Shown here piece by piece: positions 47,850-56,409 of a DNA stretch of 64,000 nt. Within the stretch, counting starts at the first letter, position 1. Every line of letters begins with the position of its first letter. Source of the stretch: Methylocella sp. (GTDB taxonomy: Bacteria; Pseudomonadota; Alphaproteobacteria; Rhizobiales; Beijerinckiaceae). The translations under genes and the position numbers were made by a program. The stretch covers positions 14,757 through 78,756 of the forward strand of contig DATBPZ010000019.1 in the NCBI GenBank assembly GCA_036561105.1. The letters are read 5' to 3'. A model generated the notes under the pieces. That model was not told the origin of the DNA. It saw nothing but the letters and a program-made list of their open reading frames with translations, and ran no database searches.

Positions 47850-48863
47850 ATGTCTTACAAAGCTTCCCTGGCGTGCGCTGGCGCATTCGCCGCTGCAGCC
47901 ACTCTCGCCGGCGTCACCCCGGCGCTCTCACACACGGTCGTCGGCAACCGGGTCTTCCCCGCGACACTTACGATTGACGATCCTGGCGTTAATGACGAAT
48001 TGGCACTTCCAGCCTTCGCCTATGTCGCCAATGCTGATAACTCTAACGAGTTCGACTATGCTTTCGAATGGCAAAAGACGATCACTTACAATTTGTCGTT
48101 CTCAATCGGAAGTGCGTTAACCCACCTCGTCAATACGGTGAGACCAGACGGGAGCATTGGCGGGCTGACCGGATGGCAAAATATTGAAACTCAGTTGAAA
48201 TGGACTCCCTACCAGAACGACGAGCACGAATTCATCGTGTCTGTTGCGGGAAGTTCCGAATTTGGTAGAACCGGCAATCCCAGCATTGGCGCCGACACCG
48301 TCACATCACTCACGGCAAAAGGTTTCGTCGGCAAGGGTTTTGGTGATGTCGAGGCCGAGTGGTTAAAGCCCTTCGCGTTGACTGGCGAGGTCGATTACAC
48401 TTGGTCCACGCATCCGGTCAGCATAACTGGCATCGACAGTACCGGCGCGTTTTCGATCGACCAGAGCCCCACGTTTTTGACCTACGGTGCGACGGTGCAA
48501 TATAGCCTGCTCTACATGAACTCCTTCGTGCATGAAGTGCCGGAGTTCTTTAGGCACCTCATTCCCACCTTCGAAGCTGTTTTCTCGACCCCCATTTCGA
48601 ACATTGGCCCCTCGATTCCTGATTCGGTTCCAGGCACGCATGAGACCACTGGTATATATGGCCCAGGGCTCTACTACCTAGGACGGCTAGGCCCCATTTC
48701 ATTTGAGCTCGGCGCCGTTGTAGCCATTCCAATTAACCGGGCGAGTGGGAGGCATGTGGGCGCTCTCGCCATCCTGGATTTGTTCTTGGACGATATGTTG
48801 CCGGATTCGCTTGGCAAGCCGCTCATCGGACCGCGCCAGGCCCGGGGTGACAATCTGTACTGA
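47850..48863 (+). CDS. Outer-membrane beta-barrel protein (MetA-pathway/'transporter' PF13557-like)
   Basis: 337 aa. Signal peptide MSYKASLACAGAFAAAATLAGVTPALS, predicted mature N-terminus HTVVGNRVFPATL. Alternating beta-strand pattern and an aromatic C-terminus (..GDNLY). RBS GAGGA upstream. Confidence 0.55.
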   Translation: MSYKASLACAGAFAAAATLAGVTPALSHTVVGNRVFPATLTIDDPGVNDELALPAFAYVANADNSNEFDYAFEWQKTITYNLSFSIGSALTHLVNTVRPDGSIGGLTGWQNIETQLKWTPYQNDEHEFIVSVAGSSEFGRTGNPSIGADTVTSLTAKGFVGKGFGDVEAEWLKPFALTGEVDYTWSTHPVSITGIDSTGAFSIDQSPTFLTYGATVQYSLLYMNSFVHEVPEFFRHLIPTFEAVFSTPISNIGPSIPDSVPGTHETTGIYGPGLYYLGRLGPISFELGAVVAIPINRASGRHVGALAILDLFLDDMLPDSLGKPLIGPRQARGDNLY

Positions 48864-48873
48864 GGAGGCAACC

Positions 48874-49239
48874 ATGCAGCGTCTCATAAAGCTTCTACTT
48901 GTGGTAGGGTTCGTCTCGTCTGTCATCGCGGATACCGCATTCGCTCATGCGTTTCTCGATCACGCCGTCCCTGGTGTCGGGATGGATGTTACCGGTTCCC
49001 CGCGTGAACTCAGACTTTACTTCACCCAGGGCGTGGTGGTTGCCTTTTCGGGCGTCCAAGTTGTTGGCTCCGGGGGTAAGATTCCGACCAGCAAAGCTGT
49101 CAACGATCCGTCAGACCAAAGCGTTTTGATTGTGCATCTCGGACGGGCACTGGGGCCTGGCACCTATACGGTGAGTTGGCACGTGGTCTCGGTGGACACG
49201 CATCCGACATCCGGCACGTTTCATTTCACCGTGACCTGA
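48874..49239 (+). CDS. copC: Periplasmic copper-binding protein CopC
   Basis: Start ATG 48874, after GAGGAGG. Signal peptide ..DTAFA, then mature N-terminal His (HAFLDHAVPG) and the DxH motif in VSVDTHPTSGTFHFTV. This is a CopC fold with the Cu(II)-site ligands. Confidence 0.85.
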   Translation: MQRLIKLLLVVGFVSSVIADTAFAHAFLDHAVPGVGMDVTGSPRELRLYFTQGVVVAFSGVQVVGSGGKIPTSKAVNDPSDQSVLIVHLGRALGPGTYTVSWHVVSVDTHPTSGTFHFTVT

Positions 49240-49344
49240 ACTGATATCCAGGCGGCGCAATTAACCGGCCAGCCGGGCTCGTCACGAAATGGCGAGGCCC
49301 GGCCGTCATTTCACACCAACGTCAATCATCGGCTCTTACAAGGA

Positions 49345-50289
49345 TTGCCGACAATGCTGACGGTTTTCCTGCCTCTGGTTATCGTACGCTGGATCCAATT
49401 CGCGGCGGTGTTTGTGTTGTTCGGATCCTCGTTCTTTTGGCTCTACATGGGAAACGAACGGTTTGCGGCCGGTCCTGGCGGGTTGTCCCGGACCCTTCGC
49501 GCGACCGTTATTTTGCTCCGCTTCGCCGCGCCGATCGCCGCACTTTCCGCGATCGCCTGGATCGGCTGCCTTTTGATCAATATGACAAGCGACGTTCACA
49601 GCATCACTGATTCCGAGGACCTGCGCCTTTTCTTTTTCGAAACGCCGTTCGGCACGGTGTCCTTCGTGCGATTGACGCTGCTTGCGGCTGCTATCGTCAT
49701 CGTATTCCTGCCCTGGCATAATCGCACATGGTTCTTCGCGCTCCTCATCATCGGCGCCATACTCTTGATTACCCAAGCCTGGTTCGGTCATTCAGCTGAT
49801 AGCCGAGGGTTTTATCGAGCAATCATGATCACGGTGTATGGCATCCATACCCTCGCTGCGGCTGTCTGGGTCGGCGGCCTTCCGCCCCTTCTTTTCGCAC
49901 TCATCGAACAGCGCCGCTTCGGTTCCTTAGAGGCGCGCGAGTCCGCTCTCGATATCTTGGCACGTTTCTCTCTCATGGCTATGACGGCGGTTTCCTTGCT
50001 TGTCGCAAGCGGCGCCGCCAATGCCGTTTTTCGCGTCAATGGATCCCTCGGCAAACTTTTTGACTCGACCTATGGCGATATGCTGTTCAAGAAATTGGTC
50101 CTGGTCGCGGCCATGCTCGCCTTTGCCTGTGTCAATCGGTTCCTCTTGATGCCAAAGCTCCGCATGGCCTCGTTGAAAGGAATGATACCAATCGTCTGGC
50201 TTCGGAACAGCATAACTCTCGAATTGGTGATTGGTATCTTTGTACTCGGAGCTTCGGCCATGCTTGGCATCACTATGCCGCCGCAATGA
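49345..50289 (+). CDS. copD: Copper resistance/import membrane protein CopD
   Basis: 314 aa (TTG 49345 or ATG 49354). About 8 TM helices. CopD-like motifs (WIQFAAVFVLFGSSFF, GHSA, IHTLAAAVWVGGL). Confidence 0.85.
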   Translation: MPTMLTVFLPLVIVRWIQFAAVFVLFGSSFFWLYMGNERFAAGPGGLSRTLRATVILLRFAAPIAALSAIAWIGCLLINMTSDVHSITDSEDLRLFFFETPFGTVSFVRLTLLAAAIVIVFLPWHNRTWFFALLIIGAILLITQAWFGHSADSRGFYRAIMITVYGIHTLAAAVWVGGLPPLLFALIEQRRFGSLEARESALDILARFSLMAMTAVSLLVASGAANAVFRVNGSLGKLFDSTYGDMLFKKLVLVAAMLAFACVNRFLLMPKLRMASLKGMIPIVWLRNSITLELVIGIFVLGASAMLGITMPPQ

Positions 50290-50374
50290 AGATCGACCGC
50301 GGCGGCTGGCTTGATGGTGCCGGCGCAGCGTAGCTGCTAAACCCGAGTCAAGAGATCGAACCTAAAGGACAAAC

Positions 50375-50755
50375 GTGAATCGTCGTTACTTCATTGCCGC
50401 CGCCGGAAGTGTCGCCGCCTTCGCTCCGGCATCCCTGGCTCATGCGAGGTTTAGGGGCGAGGCGCTCCTCGACCACGCGGTCCCCGGCGTCGGATTGACC
50501 GTCAGCGGCTCCCCACGCGAGATCAGGCTCTATTTTGACCTGGACGTGGTTAGCGGCTTGTCCAGAGTTGGCGTTAGTGCTTCCACCGGGGCGGCGATCC
50601 CGGTTGGCAGGCCTGTCAATGATCCTTCCGACCAGCGGATTGTGATCGTTAAGCTTGGACGCCTCCTGCCTCCCGGTATCTATCGGGTAAGCTGGCTCGT
50701 TGTCTCTATCCGCGAGCGTCCAAGCTCCGGAACTTTTCATTTTACGGTCACTTGA
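50375..50755 (+). CDS. CopC-domain paralog with Tat-like signal and degenerate metal site
   Basis: 126 aa, clearly a paralog of 48874..49239 (LLDHAVPGVGLTVSGSPREIRLYF.., PVNDPSDQRIVIVKLGRLLPPGIYRVSWLVVS.., SSGTFHFTVT). Its N-terminus is MNRRYFIAAAG (twin-Arg), and RER replaces the DTH motif. Confidence 0.7.
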   Translation: MNRRYFIAAAGSVAAFAPASLAHARFRGEALLDHAVPGVGLTVSGSPREIRLYFDLDVVSGLSRVGVSASTGAAIPVGRPVNDPSDQRIVIVKLGRLLPPGIYRVSWLVVSIRERPSSGTFHFTVT

Positions 50756-50876
50756 ATCAGCGATGTGGTGTCCATTGCAGTGACGCTGCCTTGCGGCGCA
50801 GGCTGCCGGGCGCTAACTAGCTATATCCTGGACTTAGATGGCATTGCCGCGCCCTGGGTTCAACTTTTGGTGGTCC

Positions 50877-51575
50877 ATGCCGGCGACGCCACATATTGAA
50901 AAGCACTTTCTTGCCTCGGCCCTCGTCCGCGACATCGTCATTGGAATGGCGGATGGGCTTACCGTTCCCTTCGCCCTCGCGGCGGGCCTTTCCGGGGCCG
51001 TGTCCTCGACAGCCATCATTATAACCGCCGGACTCGCCGAAGTTGCGGCGGGCGGCTTGGCAATGGGGCTTGGCGGCTATCTCGCCGCGCGCACGGATCT
51101 CGAACATTACCACTCCGAGTTCCAACGCGAAAAATTGGAGATTAAGCAAGTCCCTGAAACCGAGCGAGCGGAAGTCCGCCAGATCCTACGTGAGCATGGC
51201 CTCGAACGTGACTTGGCAGAGACTGTGACGGCCGCGCTGACACGCGATCCCGACCGCTGGATCAATTTCATGATGCGTTTCGAGCTTGGCTTGGAAGAGC
51301 CGGTGCCTGGCCGGGAACTTAAAAGCGCCATGACGATCGGCGGTGCCTACGTCGTTGGCGGTCTCATTCCCCTCTTGCCTTATTTCCTTCTGCCAACGGT
51401 TTCCCGTGCGCTTCCGGTATCGATTGGGCTGACCCTTGCGGCTCTCCTGATTTTTGGCGGCGTGAAAGGGCAAATGACTGGCGTCGCGCCCTTGCGCAGC
51501 GCCTTGCAGACGGCGGCTATTGGCTCCCTCGCCGCCGCTGCCGCTTTTGCCATTGCGCGGCTGGTTGGCAAGTGA
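50877..51575 (+). CDS. VIT1/CCC1-family iron/manganese transporter
   Basis: Track ORF 50838..51575; ATG 50877 preferred. Motifs VRDIVIGMADGLTVPFALAAGLSGA, a cytoplasmic acidic helical loop (EHYHSEFQREKLEI..ETERAEV), and GGAYVVGGLIPLLPY. Confidence 0.85.
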   Translation: MPATPHIEKHFLASALVRDIVIGMADGLTVPFALAAGLSGAVSSTAIIITAGLAEVAAGGLAMGLGGYLAARTDLEHYHSEFQREKLEIKQVPETERAEVRQILREHGLERDLAETVTAALTRDPDRWINFMMRFELGLEEPVPGRELKSAMTIGGAYVVGGLIPLLPYFLLPTVSRALPVSIGLTLAALLIFGGVKGQMTGVAPLRSALQTAAIGSLAAAAAFAIARLVGK

Positions 51576-51596
51576 TCGCGCGTCCCCCGCAAATTT

Positions 51597-52850
51597 GTGC
51601 AAATGTTGAGACTTGATCCTTTAATCTTGAGTCTCGCGGTCGCGCTTGGCATCGGTCTTTTGATCGGCACGGACCGTGAGCGCCGGAAGGGAGAAGGGCC
51701 AGATCGTTCGCCCGCTGGGCTTCGGACCTTTGCCCTTGCCTCGCTTGCCGGGGCAATCAGCTTTATCGTTGGCGGCATGCCTCTGCTTGCCATCGCCACG
51801 GCTGGCATTTTTGTCATGATCGCGCTCGCCTATTGGCGCGGGCGCGGCCTCGATCCTGGTCTGACGACAGAAACCGCTCTGGTATGCACCCTGCTGCTCG
51901 GCGGGCTTGCGGTCAGCAGACCAGGCCTCGCCGCCGCCACCGCCGTCGCGATTGCGATCCTGCTCAATGCGCGCACGGAGCTCCACCATTTCGCGCGCGC
52001 GGTGCTGAGCGTAGATGAGATCCGTGATGCTTTGATCTTCGCCGCCGCCACTTTGATTGTGCTACCAATTCTGCCAAATCACCCGATGGGGCCTTTCGGC
52101 GCTCTCAATCCCCGCGCGATCTGGATCATCGTCATCCTTGTCATGGCCATCGGTGCCCTCGGCCACATCGCAGTCCGGCTCGCCGGTATCCGTTTTGGCC
52201 TTCCAATCGCCGGATTTGCATCGGGTTTCATTTCCAGCACGGCAACAATCGCCAGCATGGGCGCGCGGGCGGCCAATACGCCAGAACTTCTTTGGCCAGC
52301 AGCGGCCGGGGCAATTTTCTCCACCTTCGCGACGGCGATCCAGATGGCCGTGGTGCTGGCCGTAACGAACGTCGAAGTTTTGCGGGCTGTTGTCGTGCCG
52401 CTTGCGTTTGCAGGCGCTGCCGCTGACTTCAATGGGGTTGCCTTCGCATTCCTCGCCATGCACCAGAATGGGGAAAAAATGGAGGAGCGGGGACGCGCTT
52501 TCAGCGTAAAGGCGGCGTTTATTTTCGCGACGGTGCTGACACTGATCTTGCTCGTTTCAAAAGCCGCCGACGCATGGTTCGGCGCAACCGGTGTCACCGT
52601 GGCGGCGATGATTGCCGGATTCGCCGACACCCATTCGGCGGCGATTTCCGTGGCCACATTGGCGAATGACGGCAGAATGACACCCGCCGAAACCGCGGTT
52701 CCCATTTTGCTTGCACTGTCCACAAATACGGTCACCAAGGCAGTCTTATGCGTCTACACGGGAGGCTTGCCATTCGCCTTGCGTGTCGTGCCGGGTTTAG
52801 TTTTGATGATTTTGGCCGCATGGGCAGTGTGGCTGTTGCTGCCATCGTAA
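51597..52850 (+). CDS. MgtC/SapB-family membrane protein fused to DUF4010
   Basis: 417 aa, polytopic. N-terminal MgtC-like motif LAVALGIGLLIGTDRERRKGEG..AGLRTFALASLAG, followed by additional TM repeats typical of DUF4010. Confidence 0.8.
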   Translation: MQMLRLDPLILSLAVALGIGLLIGTDRERRKGEGPDRSPAGLRTFALASLAGAISFIVGGMPLLAIATAGIFVMIALAYWRGRGLDPGLTTETALVCTLLLGGLAVSRPGLAAATAVAIAILLNARTELHHFARAVLSVDEIRDALIFAAATLIVLPILPNHPMGPFGALNPRAIWIIVILVMAIGALGHIAVRLAGIRFGLPIAGFASGFISSTATIASMGARAANTPELLWPAAAGAIFSTFATAIQMAVVLAVTNVEVLRAVVVPLAFAGAAADFNGVAFAFLAMHQNGEKMEERGRAFSVKAAFIFATVLTLILLVSKAADAWFGATGVTVAAMIAGFADTHSAAISVATLANDGRMTPAETAVPILLALSTNTVTKAVLCVYTGGLPFALRVVPGLVLMILAAWAVWLLLPS

Positions 52851-52928
52851 CTTGACGTTATCGATGGTTTTTCGCCGCGATGACGGCAGCGGGACTCTTA
52901 TCTGTCAAGACTCGTTCGATTTAGGCTC

Positions 52929-53909
52929 ATGATCAGGCTTGCCATTTCCGTTGAACGCGTGCCCATCCTCGGCAAATTCGTGATTGCGCGCGGTGCAAAG
53001 AGCGAAGCTGTCGTCGTCGTGGCAACCATCGAAGATGGAGCATTTCGGGGCCGCGGCGAATGCGTTCCCTATGCGCGCTATGGCGAAACGGTCGAGTCCG
53101 TCCTGTCCCAAATTGCATCGGTCCATGCGCAAATAGAGGCAGGCGCGGACCGCCACCTCCTGCAAAGCCTGCTGCCGCCGGGGGCCGCCCGCAACGCGCT
53201 CGATTGCGCACTCTGGGATTTCGACGCCAAGCGAAGCGGTGTCGCGGCTTATGTGCTCGCAGGGCTCGCGCCTCCAGTGCCCGTCACCACCGCCTTCACG
53301 ATTTCCGCTGGCAGTCCTCCTGAAATGGCGGCGGCGGCGGCGAGAGCACAAGCGCGTCCCCTCCTCAAAATCAAATTGATGGGTGAAGGGGATTCAGCAA
53401 GACTCGCGGCTGTGCGCGCCGCAGCCCCAAACGCGGCGCTTATCGTGGATGCCAATGAGGCGTGGACGGCGGCGGATCTCGAACGCAACTTTGAAGCCTG
53501 CGCCAAGGCGGGCGTCGGTCTTATCGAACAGCCGCTGCCCGCGGGCGAAGACTCGCCGCTCGCCAAAATCCAACATATCGTGCCAGTCTGCGCCGATGAA
53601 AGCGTGCATGACCGGGGAGGTCTTGAGACCTTGCGCGAGCGCTATGACGCAATCAACATCAAACTCGACAAAACGGGGGGGCTGACCGAGGCATTGGCCT
53701 TGATGAAACTTGCGGAGAATCTTGGCTTCGAACTCATGATCGGCTGCATGGTCGCCAGTTCGCTGTCGATGGCGCCAGCCCTCTTGCTGGCCGGGCAAGC
53801 GCGTTTCGTCGATCTTGATGGCCCGTTGCTGCTGGCCCAAGACCGTCCCGGTGGTCTCGTCTATGCGGGCTCGACCGTTCACCCACCGGCCCGGGAATTC
53901 TGGGGTTAG
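52929..53909 (+). CDS. Enolase-superfamily dipeptide epimerase (L-Ala-D/L-Glu epimerase-like)
   Basis: 326 aa. N-terminal capping domain (RGECVPYARYGET), KIKL, metal ligands in VDANEAW / IEQPL / ADES, and IKLDKTGG with the second catalytic Lys. Confidence 0.8.
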   Translation: MIRLAISVERVPILGKFVIARGAKSEAVVVVATIEDGAFRGRGECVPYARYGETVESVLSQIASVHAQIEAGADRHLLQSLLPPGAARNALDCALWDFDAKRSGVAAYVLAGLAPPVPVTTAFTISAGSPPEMAAAAARAQARPLLKIKLMGEGDSARLAAVRAAAPNAALIVDANEAWTAADLERNFEACAKAGVGLIEQPLPAGEDSPLAKIQHIVPVCADESVHDRGGLETLRERYDAINIKLDKTGGLTEALALMKLAENLGFELMIGCMVASSLSMAPALLLAGQARFVDLDGPLLLAQDRPGGLVYAGSTVHPPAREFWG

Positions 53910-54129
53910 AAACAATATTCTTGCTTGTATTACAGTTAGTTACATATTTTTATTAATGTGATTTATGAATATGATCGGCAATTTTGCCCTGGGCATAAGT
54001 TCCAGTGCCCACGGATTTCTGGCCCTGGAAATGTCGCAATCTTGCAACAGCGTGATATAAAGGCAACGCAATTTTAAATTTCATTGCAGATTCGATATTC
54101 CGATTCTTCACCATTACCAGCCGGCAATT

Positions 54130-56409
54130 ATGGGTGATCGAAAAGCAACGCGGCGCATCTTGAGGGGAAAAAGCACTCACCCCCGTTTCACGGCCCGTTT
54201 CGGGCCCGTGGCCGTCATTCTTGCCCTCTTTATTGGCCTCGTCAGTTTTCTTATTTTTTCCAACTACACGCCGATACCGCCGACGGATACCGTCGTTCTC
54301 GGCCTGTTTGTCGCAAATATCCTGTGCATTCTTCTCGTTTTTGGTATCGTCCTGGCTGAGGCCTATGCACTGTTCACGGCGCGCCGGGCAGGCGTTGCCG
54401 GCGCAGAACTGCATGTCCGGATTGTCGGGCTCTTCTCGATTATCGCTGCCGCGCCGGCACTCCTGATGGCTTGGGTTGGGTCGGTAACGCTCGAACGAAG
54501 TCTCAATCCCTCATTTATGCAGGACGGCCGCGGCTTTGTGCACAATACGATCGAAGCGGCACGTTTGTTTCGCGAAGGCCAATGCAAGTCGCTGCTTCAG
54601 GAGGCGAGACTGACTGCTTCCGATCTCGAACGCGGCAAGTTGATGTTCGAGGTGGACCGGCCGCTGTTTCGTGATTTTTTTGCATCAAGGGCGCGCTTTC
54701 TCGGCTTCACCGCGGCGGCCCTGATGAAGTCGGACGGCACGGTGGTCGAACGCGTGGATACCGGCGCTGTGGTCGGCAAATCCGTGGTCCGCCCGGAGCC
54801 CGCCGATTTCGCCGACGCCATAAAGAACGAGCCTCTATGTCTCATCCTCGATGAAGGTAGAACCTTCGTCGCCTTGAGGACCCTGAATTCCTTTCAGGAC
54901 ACGTTTTTATATGTCGCCCGCCCGGTCGATCCTTTCACGGTGGAGTTCCCGCGCCAAGCCGCCAAACTCGTCGCGCTTTACGATGCGTTCGACAGCCACA
55001 GGAGTGGCATCAGAATCGCCTTCGCGACCATGTTCGTGTTGATCGCGCTCATCATGCTTTTATCGGCCACCTGGCTTGGTCTTTCCTTCGCCGATAGCCT
55101 TGTCGCGCCAATCCGGCGGCTGATCGCCGCCACTGACGAGGTCGCCTCCGGCAACCTCCATGTTCAAGTCGCGGTTCGCAAGTCCGAAGGCGATCTTGGC
55201 CACCTCAGCGAGACGTTCAACAAAATGACATCGGAGTTGAGCCTCCAGCAGCATCGGCTGATCGCGGCGAGCAAACTCATCGATGAGCGGCGCCTCTTCA
55301 CCGAAGCGGTTCTGTCCGGCGTTCCGGTCGCGGTCGTTGGCGTGGGACGCAAGGGCGAAATTACCGCGCTCAATCCCTCCGCCGAAAAATTGATTCCGCA
55401 AGACGGCGAAACGGCCGAGCGGATCACCGGGCAAGCAATCGCAACGGTGTTGCCGGAAATTGACACTTTGCTCAACGAAGCACGTGCAAGCCAATCCCGG
55501 CTGGTCCAGGGCCAAATCTCACTGAACCGCGACGGGCTCGACCGCTTGTTCAATGTGAGCATCACCAGCGAGCCTGGAGACCGCGCCGACAAAAGTTATG
55601 TCGTGACGCTCGACGACATCACCGATCTCGTGACCGCCCAGCGGACGGCCGCCTGGGCCGATGTCGCCCGCCGCATCGCCCATGAAATCAAAAACCCGCT
55701 GACGCCAATTCAACTCTCCGCCGAGCGGCTCAAACGCAAATATGGGCGCCTTATCGGACAAGACCGCGATATTTTTGATCAATGCACCGACACGATCATC
55801 CGGCAGGTCGACGACATCAAGCGCATGGTCGATGAATTTTCGTCATTCGCCCGCATGCCGAGGGCACGCCTCGAAAGCGGCGATTTGAGTGAGTGTGTGC
55901 GTCAGGTTCTGTTTCTGATGCGGGTCGCGCATCCCGACATAGACTTCGAAGACAAGACGCCGGACGCTCCGGTCCGCGTTCCATTCGACCGGCGGCTTTT
56001 CTCTCAAGCCCTGACAAATATTGTCAAGAACGCCACCGAAGGGATCGCCGCGCACACGGATGAACCGGGCTTCCACGGTAAGATATCGGTCGCGGTTGGG
56101 GTGGCTGGACGCATCGTCTCCGTCGATGTGATCGACAATGGCATGGGTTTTCCCAAGGAAAACCGGCAAAGACTGCTTGAACCCTACATGACGACGCGGT
56201 CCGATGGCACGGGCCTCGGGCTGCCGATCGTCGCCAAAATACTTGCCGATCACGGCGGCGGGCTCGAACTGCGGGATGCACCGGCTGGTCGGGGCGCCTG
56301 GGTCAGGATGTTTTTTCCCTTGGGCCATGAACTTGACGGACACGAATCCAGCGATGTGGACAAATCCGCCGAGGTAACCCTGCCGGCCGAAGTCAAAAAA
56401 GGAGCATGA
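54130..56409 (+). CDS. ntrY: Sensor histidine kinase NtrY
   Basis: 759 aa. N-terminal multi-TM region, HAMP (APIRRLIAATDEVASGNL), PAS, H-box AHEIKNPLTPIQLSAERL, N/G boxes (NIVKNATEG; DNGMGFP; GTGLGLPIV). ATGA overlap with ntrX. Confidence 0.85.
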   Translation: MGDRKATRRILRGKSTHPRFTARFGPVAVILALFIGLVSFLIFSNYTPIPPTDTVVLGLFVANILCILLVFGIVLAEAYALFTARRAGVAGAELHVRIVGLFSIIAAAPALLMAWVGSVTLERSLNPSFMQDGRGFVHNTIEAARLFREGQCKSLLQEARLTASDLERGKLMFEVDRPLFRDFFASRARFLGFTAAALMKSDGTVVERVDTGAVVGKSVVRPEPADFADAIKNEPLCLILDEGRTFVALRTLNSFQDTFLYVARPVDPFTVEFPRQAAKLVALYDAFDSHRSGIRIAFATMFVLIALIMLLSATWLGLSFADSLVAPIRRLIAATDEVASGNLHVQVAVRKSEGDLGHLSETFNKMTSELSLQQHRLIAASKLIDERRLFTEAVLSGVPVAVVGVGRKGEITALNPSAEKLIPQDGETAERITGQAIATVLPEIDTLLNEARASQSRLVQGQISLNRDGLDRLFNVSITSEPGDRADKSYVVTLDDITDLVTAQRTAAWADVARRIAHEIKNPLTPIQLSAERLKRKYGRLIGQDRDIFDQCTDTIIRQVDDIKRMVDEFSSFARMPRARLESGDLSECVRQVLFLMRVAHPDIDFEDKTPDAPVRVPFDRRLFSQALTNIVKNATEGIAAHTDEPGFHGKISVAVGVAGRIVSVDVIDNGMGFPKENRQRLLEPYMTTRSDGTGLGLPIVAKILADHGGGLELRDAPAGRGAWVRMFFPLGHELDGHESSDVDKSAEVTLPAEVKKGA

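Noticed and set aside
54020-54060. Sigma-54 promoter (TGGCCCTGGAAATGTCGC) upstream of ntrY
   Set aside because: The GG-N10-GC register of the -24/-12 consensus is not met. GT occupies the position where GC is required.
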